Positions 11,901 through 23,079 of a stretch of DNA of 64,000 nucleotides are shown here, in pieces. Origin of the DNA: Callorhinchus milii (lineage: Eukaryota); NCBI RefSeq assembly GCF_018977255.1, contig NW_024704750.1, forward strand, positions 7,688,001-7,752,000, given 5' to 3'. The translations under genes were made by a program, and so were the position numbers. Positions within the stretch are counted from its first letter, which is position 1, and every line of letters begins with the position of its first letter. A model generated the notes under the pieces. It ran no database searches. It saw only the letters and a list, made by a program, of their open reading frames with translations, and had not been told where the DNA came from.

Positions 11901-14900
11901 TCTAGTGGACAATTGTGTATCATATAGAGAGGCTTTTTTAAAAAAACAGCTTCTTTTAGGTTCAAATTTTAATATAAGGATTTAAAATTGCTTCAGCAAA
12001 TGAGTCATTCCCCTCAATATAACTCAAAATGTTGCCAACTGAAGTCCAATATTGTTTTTTGCAACTTTTACAAAACTTTTGTAACTTATACAGTCAGCAT
12101 ATGTTTAGCATTTAGAATTAGGTCAATCTCATAAATCAAAGCAACAGACACAATGGGCTGAATACTGTTCTTAACTATTTCTTGATAAAGAAACAAATAT
12201 CATACCTCTCCAGCAGGTCTGTAGCCCACATTGACATCCAGAGGCACCTTAGGCTGTAGCTGCGTCCTGATGGAGAGATTGAAAGTGCCCATCATCAAAC
12301 AAGTTGAGTTTAGAAGAACATGGCAACCCTAGGGTGTTTTACAGCAAACAAATTATTTGAGATAGTAAAGAATTAGTAACTGGTAGAGACCTATACTAAC
12401 GATTAGTGTCTAACTTTCTTAATTTCTAGAATTTAAAAGCTGAAGACTGTTAAAAATAAAGCATCTCACCAGTATCAGGCAGGTCATCTAGAGGAAAAAG
12501 AAAGAGGTAGAATTGTTCCTGTGCTGCTCAAATATATCTCCAGGAAGTTGTTTGATGATTAGAACTGATATCGGTAGAAATGCCCATTAAATGGACCTTC
12601 CCAACCTCCTAGCTAAAGCGGCTGGAACCAATTATGGAGAGGAACATTTTGGCTAGGTGTATAATAATGATCAATCCATCTTGAATATATCAGGGATTTA
12701 CTTCAATACAATTTGAACTTTTAAACAAATAAGATACCTAGGTAGTCATTGCCATTCCCTACAGGTCTATTGTTGCAGTCTGGGGCAGGTGTTGGGTTAA
12801 CACTCTCAGCCACAAATGTCAGGTGAATCAGACCAAGACCTCGGGATGAAAAGAGGGAACTCACAAGATTACTGCAATTGAAAGTATCAAATAAAATGTC
12901 ACATGCTGGGAAGGAACACTTATAAAATGTAATTCTGGGTTCTTCTAACTTGGATACTGAACCAGTTATTCAGAATAACCTTACCTTGGCACCAATACAA
13001 CTCCTGCAATTCCCAGGGTCTGCCAGGCAATATATTCGGCAGTTGTTTTGTCATGTTCATAAGTCTCTTTTTGCGTAAAAAGAAAGACTACAGGCATTTT
13101 TAGCTGGACGTGGATGGTGGAGACTTTTTCTGGTTCCACAGCAACCTCCATCTAATGTGTTGAAAGAAAATAAATATCCACCAAATATTCCTATTCGTGT
13201 TTATATTTCATCTTGTTTATGTCTTGATAGTATCTGATTATACTCAACAAGATCCCCCCCAAAAAATTAAGGCAATAAACTTTGATAAGGCTAGGGATTA
13301 AAATTGGGAAAGAACTGGAAAAGAAAGGGTGCAATGATTAACACAAACAGGAACTTAAACAGAGGGACTGATGATATATGAATGGCCTCCTTCTGTGTTG
13401 AGATTTTCTATGGTCCAAAAACAATGGAGTTGCCTCCCTGGAGAAATATCACAACTCAGCATCAGTTTATTATAACAACTTGCATTTATATAGCGTCCTT
13501 CACACGGGGCAGCGACTCGGAGAGTTTTATAGTACAGTAAATATATTTTGCTCACCACAAGTGGGGCATCCAATACTTTAAGGTAGCGATGGATATTCAC
13601 AGTAGTTAGAGGCTGTTCATAATAGGATCTCCTGCATGCCTGACTCTTTTCAGCAACCATCTTGCAATGACAAAACCAAAGTCTTGCTGAGAACCTATCG
13701 GGATCTTCAAGGCTAAATATCATAAGAAATGTTAAAACATTTCAAATGATCAGGCACAAGGATGGTGTAACAGAAATATAATCTCCAAACTATACAGGGA
13801 AGCATCAAATTATTAATACCAGTCTGAAGCTAAAAGGTATATTATGTTAGATATGTTCTTTAAATAGGAAGTTATAATAAAACATTTTCTCTGTAGAATT
13901 TTAGGAGTGCAACATACGTTTAACAAAACTATGAACAAAGAATTGCAGTGGCTTTATAAAGGCTGCACTACAATGCAGGTAGTAAAAATTACTTTCCTGG
14001 TTTACCCTTAGATTGTAATGCTGTAAATATGAAAAAGTTGAGAGAGAGTGCTGATTCTTTACTACCATTACAATATTAACTACACTTTAGGCTGGCAAGA
14101 AAGAGAACGCAATTCAGAACAGCAGTATAAATCTGGTTGATAGATTACACTTAATGTAGCCTTTCGTTTCTTATACGATTTGAATACGTAAATCATCCAG
14201 AAAATAAACTGTTGAAAATGTGCTACCCATCAAATCAGCACCACCTGCTGGATTACATAAGCTAATGCTTCTTAGTTTTATTTGTTCAATACCTGACATG
14301 ATTATATAAAATTGTAATACTTCACATCCAAGCGCTTTCTGATTTGTTAATTAGGTTTGATAGTGTGCTTATCATGATTAAGCAATGTTAGTACTGGAAA
14401 ATGTTGACTCTCAGCATTCCAAACACCAGCAAAGATGGCATAAGGGTAAATGCAGAGCAAAAGTCCCTCTTCAAGATTACTCAATATAATAATAATAATA
14501 ATCCTTGCATTTGATATAGCGCTTTTCACGTCAGGAGGACGTCCCAAAGCGCTTCACAGAACACACTGTAAAGTGAATTGACTGTATATTTGTGGGCGAA
14601 TGCGGCAGCCAATTGCGCACAGCAATGTCCCACAAACAGTCTTAGATTGAAAATGACCAATTTATTATTGTTTTTTTTTATTAGGCGTGTGGAGTAAGGA
14701 AACTTGCCCAAGGTTTCGCCCTGCCTGGAATTGAACTCAGGTCTCTCGCTTGCAAAGCGAGTGCTCTAACCACTGAGCTACAGGACTCCACATTATTATT
14801 ACTATCACAATATTATTACTAAATACATTTTTTTGCATTACTAAATAATTTTTGCATTTAATATAGTACCTTATCAGGTCTTCGAGACATCTCAAAGTGC

Positions 14901-17900
14901 TTCACAGAATATACTGTCAAGTAAATTGACTGCATATTTTGTGGGTGAAACTTAATATATGTGTAATAGTTCATACTTCACACCAACAAAGACTACAATG
15001 ACTTAATTTACTGTCTTCTTTAGTTTAATTGAATTTTATGGGTTGAGAAATCCATAGCCCCCAAGTTCACATCGGAAAAGTCCACAGAATGCTGTCAGCA
15101 AAGTTTTAATTGCCAGCCTTCTTTTTTGCAGATTTAGCATTTGCGAGCTGCAAATTTTCATGCAAATTACCCAAAAGTTGAAATTAATGCAAATTCCGGG
15201 TTGCAAGTATCACAAAAGATACTTGCCCCCCCACACATGCACACAAATGCAAAACTTGCTATAAGCTTGTGCTTGCTCAAAATGTATCATGGAGGGGTCA
15301 AGAATCTTTTTGAACCAGTTACAACACCATACTCATGGCATCACCTCAATACCCAAATTACACTTTTTTGTGTTCACTCCATGTGTTCTGCTGTAAATGC
15401 TGAGTTTGTATTGAGTGATTATCCCCCATTCGATTGCAAATTGGGTATGCTTACCCCAGGCCTTCCAAAAGGGCTTGCTCTGTGGTCAGTACAAACTGAT
15501 ATTTGGAACCATAAACAAACGCAGTTTCCATTATTGCTCTGTGCTCTAGGATAAATCACAGCAAATTGAGTATAAATATACTTGTAATCACAGCAAATTG
15601 AATAAGAAACAGAAATCCAGCCCATCTTGCTGCTCAAATTCATTTTCCGTTTCAAAACCTATTCTGACCACTTTCATATACAGTAATTAAAAATTATAAT
15701 CGTTGCATTTTATATAGTGTCTGTTACACTGTCAAAGGATCTCAAAGCACTTCACAGGATATATTGTAGAGTGTAATGACTGGCTGCAGCATATGCCTAC
15801 AAAATGCACAATTTGTATAGTCCCTCAAACAGCCATGAAATGAATCACCAATTTTACCTGGGGGATTGTTAGTCAGGACTGTGAGAAACTCTCTTCTCTT
15901 CTCAAACACTGCCAAGGGATAGATTTCCTATCTATACTAAAATGCATTGAAATAAACATGCAAGCTTATTTTAACCAGTAAAATAGAAGTAGTGTCAAGT
16001 TATTATTCCAAAGTTTAAAAAAAATCACTTTTGTCCGGTTGCATAAAGTTCTTCACCACATTGAATTGGTATTACTGGTTTCTCTGCCCTGTGAATACCA
16101 TTAAAGATTCCCATCACATTTCATGTCCACAATACACTCGATGGCTGGGAATCTATAACAGACACAATGGGCTGAATGGCCTTCTTCTGTGCTGTAAATT
16201 TCCATGCTCCTATAAAATTCCAACTGGAACTATAATAGGGTGTAACGGTCAGTCAGTGCATCCGCATTCACTGTGCATTAGGGTTATGGAGCCATCAGTT
16301 CATTGTCAATATTACTGCACATCTGTGGTTAACTGATGAGCTAAGAAATCAGCTATTTTTTGTGCATGAAAATAAATGGCTGACTTCCAGTGCAATAGGT
16401 TGCCGCTGATGGAAGTCGGTAACAAACCGATGACTTCGAAGTTAAGATATTTTTGGCTCTCAAAACACAACTGATGTTTTGAAGCACTGACGTAAGTAAA
16501 TAAACGTCAGGATCCACACCCCCAACGTCAGTATGATCCACACTGTTTTATACAAACCTGCATTATAACAAAGCATGTTACGTCAGGGTTGCATTGCATT
16601 AATTGCATTCACAGATTTAAACAGTGCCCATATTGATTCCTTTCTTTACTAGAGTTGCTTGGCTGTGCTAGCTATGTCTTCTTGGAGCTATCTGAGAGAT
16701 GATACTTATTTTATTAAATGGGTGAAGGGCTGAGTGAATCTATTAGGATTAAATGCAGTACTCAACCAACTGAACAAGTTAGTCAGTGCCAAGCGTCAAG
16801 TATCCATTTATACCACAGAGTAACCCCTTTTAAAAGTAAAGAGTTAAACAAAGTCTACCACAAATTTTGCATGTAGCATCATTTTTGGATGCTCAGCGCA
16901 TTGAACTAGAAGCTACCAGAGCTGTTTAGACTTAAAGAATCAAGAAATGCAAAATAATAGCAATACCTGGAACTCCTATTGCTCCTACAAATGTAAAGAT
17001 GACATCACCTTTTCCTTTCATATTATTTTCAATGTCCTGAAGGTCCGCCATTGAAGAGACATATCTTATTTCATTAAACAACAAAATACTAGAATAGAAT
17101 AAGAGTAAATGTTCAGAACTTTCAGAGTAACTGTACAAGGTTTACAAAAGCACCAAACAATGTTATGATTATTGAAAAAANGGATTCAGGTTCTTGACCA
17201 TTTTAGTTATTGAAAACAACTGTGGCCTTAATAGCCAATGTTATGCAAGCACACAGCCAAGATGAAACAGATCAAAATTGTCAAATGACTGCTGTCAGTT
17301 TAATGTTTATTTACTGCACTATAAACGTTATTAGTCACAATATTAATTTCAATGTCAATTATGTTAATTTTCATTCTTTTTAGCATAATTAAATAGTTCA
17401 TGTCTGACATGGTGAATTCCAAGTGCAAGCAGTTTATTTACATAATGAACATTATTAGTACATAAGTTTTTTTTTAAATTACATAATTTTTCACCTTCAC
17501 AATCAAAGAATACTGTTTTCAAAACATTTTCATTGTAGGCTTTTTGTATTGAAGATACATGATGTTTCCAATGTTACACAACAGCATGCTTTAACCTACA
17601 CAAAAACACCGACAGTCATTTTACCTAAATAGGGATGAAATTCCAGTATATCCAAAGATATTTGTTCATTAAAGGACTAATGTTTACTCATTGTAACAAT
17701 AAATATGTCTGAAAGAGATTAGACATGTCTAAATGCTGACTTTCTATTTAACGTATAACAGTGCATCATCAGGAATTAAAGACAAGTCTGATGGGCCAAA
17801 TGATCTCCTTCCGTGCACTGTAAGTTTCTATGTTCTAACCACCAATTCTGTAAATCTAAGGACTCAATTTAAGCTATTTGTTGTTGTTTTCACCTGACAT

Positions 17901-20345
17901 ATAAAAACAACTTTTAGATGTTAACACCTGAAAAGTCCAAAACACGTAACATCATAGAATTTTCTGATTCCCATCAGTTTCACTTGCTCCAATTGCACGC
18001 CATGGAAAATAAATAAACCCCCGTTTAAAAGCATACTTACAATAATACATTTGCTACAGTTGCATCCACATCAAACAACGTGTCGGTTGCAAAACTCCTA
18101 AGCATTATATTTCCCCTTTTCAAAAGAAAGGCAATATGTTCAAATATTGGTTAATAATGTCCATTCTGAATACTATAAACTACAGTATTCTAAACCATAA
18201 GCTTTCTTAATATGACACCTAGTCATTAGGGACAGTACCATCCCATTATAAAATTCTCTCCTGCCTTTTAGCAGGTGCCACAAGAGCAGCCATGAACGGT
18301 GAAGTCACTGCACATGCATAGGCTGGCCAGCCGGCTCCATCAGCGTACATTATGCATCAATACATGTCATCCCACTTCAAATCCCATTATTGCAATGATG
18401 TATTTTGAATTGAGAATTTTAGATAAGAAAATGTTGACTCCACACCCCGATCACTTTATATGTGAACCTTGCAATGTAACAAAGTACTGGAAAAAACATT
18501 TTGAAATATCGATACACAAAACAATTGATAGTGATAGATTCATGTACATAACCATGCATAAATAACAAATATGTATTGACATACCGGAAGAGATATGCTT
18601 TCTTCTGGACACCTTCATCTTCACAATATTTTGGTATATTTTCAATGGCACAATTAACCTACAAAAAGGTACACATTCAATTTGAATAGAATTTTAATGG
18701 AAAAATAACAATAATACAGATTGTAGTGCAGCCTTTTTGGCTACAACAGCATTTTAACAAATCCCATATTTGGTCTCACATCCCATAATTAGTTTTTAAT
18801 CCCAAAACTTATTTTCTATCTATAATATGGCCCATCCAATTTGAAGCTCATCTCATTAAGGAATTAAAGTATATTTTGTACATACAGTATGTGGCCTCCA
18901 TTTTAGAATTATTTGGGCTCCAATATATTGAAACACTGCATCACCAAGAGAACTTCATTTATAATTCACTACTTAGCACTCAAATTTCTGTTACTACTTT
19001 TTAGCAGGATTCCCTAAAAGGTTGGAAGTACAAAAAAAGGTGGAAGGTTTGTGCATATCACCACTGTTTTTAGTAGCACTTGATAGTATAAAGAGGTAAT
19101 GTAGTTTACTCACCTGAGCAACAGTGATGCCATATTCGTCAAGCGGTTCTGATGATTGTTCTAGTTGTTCAAGGAAAAGTCGAACTGTTGGGTTGACTGA
19201 AACACATAATCAATATAGAATCATAGATAAAGGCATATGGCTTGTCATGCCTACAAATATCAATTAAGCCTTTCAGTTCTGAATAAATAATAGATGAAGT
19301 AACTGTGAAATTAATAGTAAAGGCTAAATAATTCTGAGCTAAAAATCAAATTAGAACTAGAATTAGAATCCCCACTGTTATCTCGACACCTTGAATGTAC
19401 ACACATGTGGATAGGCAAAGGCAAGGATAAGGATGGGCTGTAATGGCTCAGCAAACAAACAGTATACATGACTGGAAGAAGCATGACAGAAGAGCCCAAT
19501 CCTGCCCTTATCCTGAGTTCATACACATACACCTCCAGCAAGTACCACTAGACAATGATTAGTACTTAGAAACATAGCTGATTTTCCACTGTCTAAGCCA
19601 GACCTTGAGGCCACTGTATCATCTGGCTGAGGTCAGCTACTCCGAATAAATTTTCTGATCCACTTGGTGAGCCTAAAAAAGATTTTTTTTTTTTTGCAGA
19701 GGTTCAATTTGCGCGCTCTTCAAGATGAAAGATACTAGAGTTGGACAATGGAACAATTCTTTATTTATTGAGCTTAATACCAGTATCCTTTCATGCCCTA
19801 ACACCTCCCTACCTCTCTGACCTGCTTACGTCGCAACCCACTACCCACTGCCTCCGCTGAACTGGCTCCGACCTGCCGCATGTGCCTTGTGCCCTCCATT
19901 CCACCATTGGTGGCCTCACTTTCAGCCACTAAGTCACAAACTCTGGAACACTCTTCCTCTATCCATTTGCCTTGCCCGTTCCTTCCCCATCTTCAGATCG
20001 TGCCTGAAGATCTTCCTTTTCGACCGTGCCATCAGAGATGAAAAGATAGCAATACCCAATTCAACATTTAAAATCATGCCACAAACAACTGCAGAGTATT
20101 CAACCAAAATATAGGCTTCAAAATAGATTCTCAGTTTTATTTTTAATATTGCTTCAAAGATGCAACCCCAATTCTGCTAAATACATACCAGTTCTCCTGA
20201 AATAAATTAACGATGTTTTTCCTGATCGTAGAATATTGAAAAAATGTTGATGACTCAGGCTGCGTAATGTCTTCGTACCACCAAAGGCACAAAAATGACA
20301 AATATATATCAACATTAAATAAAGGTAGCAACTCCATTGAGCCAT
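2999..20345 (-). CDS. TXNDC16: Thioredoxin domain-containing protein 16 (ERp90, PDI-family ER protein); 19 coding exons, ~832 aa
   Basis: GT-AG exons read on the minus strand, 5'->3': 20189-20345 ([17 protein letters not shown] signal peptide), 19114-19196, 18585-18658 ([12 protein letters not shown]), 18041-18115, 16967-17088, 15455-15545 ([13 protein letters not shown]), 13556-13712, 12985-13151, 12206-12266, 11542-11668, 10811-10957 ([16 protein letters not shown]), 9693-9752, 8968-9136 ([10 protein letters not shown]), 7281-7417, 6787-6871, 6306-6444, 5378-5544, 4609-4799 ([10 protein letters not shown]), 2999-3288 (EWRPP...HSEL*). Total 2499 nt with consistent phases. Motifs match TXNDC16 as recalled, and the gene is head-to-head with GPR137C as in mammals. 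Confidence 0.93.
8232..8293. repeat. Perfect 23-bp inverted repeat with a 16-nt spacer
   Basis: ATATAATTATAGCCTTCAAATCT (8232-8254) pairs with AGATTTGAAGGCTATAATTATAT (8271-8293). Confidence 0.9.
8300..8772 (+). mobile_element. Degraded L2 LINE 3' fragment
   Basis: Homologous to 20870-21535 (ATCCAAATTCTGTTGTCTGCATCCTC...CTCTGGAACTCCCTCCC). Confidence 0.65.
10042..10207. repeat. Nested imperfect inverted repeats (possible decayed MITE)
   Basis: Outer TCCTGGTTTTCCTATAT / ATATGGGAAAACAGGA; inner hairpin at 10115-10187. Confidence 0.5.
11128..11528 (+). mobile_element. Older Deu-domain-like SINE
   Basis: tRNA-like head (AGCTCAGCTGGTAGCACT), central TTCAGATGGATGTTAAAGATCCTATGGCACTA resembling the DeuSINE core, and the shared L2-type tail. 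Confidence 0.65.
14484..14789 (-). mobile_element. tRNA(Ala)-derived SINE, full length, young
   Basis: A box (TAGCTCAGTGG), TTTGCAA anticodon-like loop, B box (GAGTTCAATTCC), L2-type tail GCGCTTTGGGACGTCC...GACGTGAAAAGCGC and (ATT)n. Confidence 0.9.
15698..15920 (-). mobile_element. Degraded SINE 3' portion
   Basis: Similar to the SINE tail and body. Comparable remnants occur at ~3770-3925 (+), 7830-7970 (-) and 14850-14950 (-). Confidence 0.55.
19785..20030 (+). mobile_element. L2 LINE fragment
   Basis: CCTCCCTACCTCTCTGACCTGCT...CTCTGGAACACTCTTCC...TTCGACCGTGC is shared with the other L2 pieces. Confidence 0.7.
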
Positions 20346-20869
20346 TTTAAAAGTTGGATGAAGAAAACAATGATCAGCAATCACTTAAATCATCTGGATG
20401 AAATCTTGATCTGCATATTATTTATTTCAACCTGAAAAACAAATTAATGTAAATGAGATTTGACATGTTTCACAAACCTGATTGGGAAACTCACAACATA
20501 AGACTACTGCACAAGAACATACATCAAAATAGCACAATTAAGTCAGGTCATGTCATATAACAACTTTTTCCCATATTACTGTCTGCAGCAATAAACATTA
20601 TTATTTATAATAATGATCTTTGCATAATATAACATTTTAACAAGCAAAAACATCCTAGGAGTGTTTCACAACATTTTCTATAAAGTGTAGTGACTGTATT
20701 TATTTGTAGGTGAGGCAGCGATGTAAACATAACCTCCTACAGTTTTATAAATTGTATTCACTCTTCACTATGTGGCCTTTTCTACATTAATAAAAATTAA
20801 TGTTGATGGGGAAATTGCCTGGTGAACAATTCTCTCTCTAAACGGTGAATGACATCCTTGTGAATAACC

Positions 20870-21535
20870 CGCTCTGCCTTCCCCCACCTCCGCAATGTCG
20901 CCCGTCTCCGAATCTGTCTCACACCGCAGGCGGCCGAAACCCTCCCGCACGCCTTCATTACATCGAGGCTCGACTATGCAAACTCACTGCTTGTCGGCCT
21001 CCCCAACCCCTCCCTCCACCGGCTGCGGATCATCCAGAACTCTGCTGCCCGTGTCCTCTCCCGCACCGGGCTCCGCGACCCTATCGCCCCCATCCTCGCC
21101 CGACCCCACCGGCTTCCCATCACAGGAGATCCTGATCCTCACCTTCAAAGCCCTCCACGGTCCCGCTCCCCCCGACCTCTCTGACCTGCTAACCCCCTAC
21201 CACCCTGTTCGCTCCCTCCGCTCAGCGGGCTCCGGCCTGCTTCACGCCCCCCCGCCTCGCTCGCCCCACTATCGGCTGTCGGGCCTTCCGCCGCTCCGCT
21301 CCCACCCTCTGGAACTCCATCCCGCAGTCCCTCCCTCTCGCCCCCTCTCCCTCTCGCCCCCCTCCCTCCCTCTCGCCCCCTCCCTCCCTTCAACACCCAT
21401 CTCAAGACCCTCCTCTTCGACCGTGCATTCGATCTCCCCGCCTCCCTCCCCCCGACCCCCCCAACCCCTGCCCTTAGGTCCGAAGCTGTCTGTCCAGCGC
21501 TTTGGGACGTCCTCCCGACGTGAAAGGCGCTTCAC
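20870..21535 (+). mobile_element. L2-clade LINE 3' fragment (ORF2 C-terminus and tail), extremely GC-rich
   Basis: Translates to AFITSRLDYANSLLVGLP...IQNSAARVL...ILILTFKALHG.APPDLSDLL.PY.PVRSLRS and ends in the GCGCTTTGGGACGTCCTCCCGACGTGAAAGGCGC tail. Confidence 0.85.
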
Positions 21536-21649
21536 ACGTCATTGTGTTGTGGTGGTGGTGTACCTCCAGCATTCGCCCGGTCACATTATTTCGATTCTAA
21601 GCGGACGGATAAATGTCTGGAAAGTAGTATTGAACTCTCTCTGAATACT

Positions 21650-22660
21650 CACCGACTCACAGCCACACAAAGACCCCCAAACATTCAAACGCAACCAAAG
21701 GCCCCGCAAAACCCCGCTCGGACCCGCAACTCGGACCCGCACGCGCCGCTCGCCGCCCAACGGTCAACGCAGCCCCCGAAGCCCCACCCCCAGTTCGCTC
21801 TGATTGGTTGGTTCCAGGTTCCGCTGGGAAGGGGCGGGGTTGGTGGTGGGGGGGCGAGCAACGGAACGTCGGATTGGGCGCGTGACCCGTCAATCAAAGG
21901 TCCGGGTCGCCTGGGGCCAACTTCCGTTAACAATCGTTTGCCCCCTCTGTGTGTGCGCATGTGCGGACGGACCCCAACCACTCCCCCCCCCCCCCGCCCC
22001 GGCCCGGCGTGAGCAGGTGATTGGCAGCGCCCGGAAGGCCAATGGGAAGCGCGGGAGGCGGGAGGGAGGCGGGGCGGCCGCGGGCTGTTTTCTTTGCCGG
22101 AGCCCGAGGAGCTGCACCGACTGAACGGGCGGATGGAGTGAGCGGCGTAGTTAAGGGCCAAAGACTTGAAGCCGCCTTTAATGATTGTCACCGCCGCCGT
22201 CGTCAATAACAACAACAACAACAACATCTCGTCGCCCTCCTCCTTTTTTTTTAGTGTGTGTGTGTGTGTGTGAACATGTCCGCGGAAAGCCGAGCGGCTC
22301 AGCTCAGCGGCGCCCCCTCAGCCACAGCCGCCCCGGAGCGGCCGATCCGCGCCGCGGTGGCCCCCTCGGTGGAGCTGGGCTTGACGGCGGTCTACACGGC
22401 TCTCTACTCGCTGCTCTTCCTCTCCGTGTACCTGCAGCTCTGGCTGGTCTTGCACTACAGGCACAAGCGCCTCAGTTACCAGACGGTGTTTTTATTCCTG
22501 TGCCTGCTCTGGGCGGGCCTGAGGACTACCCTCTTCTCCTTCTACTTCAAAAATTGCGTCCAGGCCAATCGGCTGGAGCCCGTGCCTTACTGGCTGCTGT
22601 ATTGTTCCCCTGTGTGTTTGCAGTTCTTCACGCTGTGTCTGCTGAACCTTTATTTTGCAC
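21650..22660. promoter_or_regulatory. CpG island / bidirectional promoter of TXNDC16 and GPR137C
   Basis: Very GC- and CpG-rich. CCAAT/ATTGG at 21803, 21873, 22020 and 22039; GC boxes near 21831 and 22068; ETS cores (ACTTCCG ~21920, CCGGAAG 22031); NRF1-like TGCGCATGTGCG at 21954-21965. Confidence 0.8.
21653..21800 (-). other. TXNDC16: Probable non-coding first exon of TXNDC16 (5' boundary uncertain)
   Basis: Two minus-strand GTGAGT donors (intron starting at 21652 or 21660) lie at the edge of the CpG island. The ATG exon has a clear acceptor (exon starts at 20431). Confidence 0.5.
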
Positions 22661-23041
22661 AGGTAAGCTTTTGCATTTTATATATATATGTGTGTGTGTA
22701 TGTATATTTTTTTTTGGGGGGTGGTCGATAAAGGACCAATCCTTTGTGATGCAAATGTTCGGCGTGTGCCTTTAAATGCATTGTTTATTTTATTTGTTAC
22801 AGAGGTCCTGCAGCAAAACGCAGGAGGGAACTGTTGATCTACCAAAGAACCGTCTTTGTCCTTATTTATTTTATTGTGTGGTGGGTGGGGGGGGTAATAA
22901 ATCCAGCAATGCGTGTCGCCAATCTTGGCGGTTGGGGTTCCAGCTCGAACTTGCAACCTTTTTTGACTTTTGGAGGGATTGCATTTGCGGGAGTTCCCGC
23001 TGAGGCGATGCGGTTTGTTGCTGAAATCAGACGCTGCTTTT

Positions 23042-23079
<38 letters not shown>

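Noticed and set aside
15554-15604. Short local direct repeats (also ~27834, ~28814, ~32214, ~40337)
   Set aside because: These are ordinary slippage duplications of 9-19 nt with no array or CRISPR-like repeat-spacer structure.
16428-16476. Possible C/D snoRNA (CGATGAC...CTGA)
   Set aside because: The C box is imperfect, it is too short, it has no terminal stem and it is antisense to the host gene.
20895-22227. Long Pro/Ser/Gly-rich ORFs (249, 156 and 180 aa)
   Set aside because: These are by-products of a GC-rich L2 remnant and a CpG island with few stop codons, with no coherent protein.
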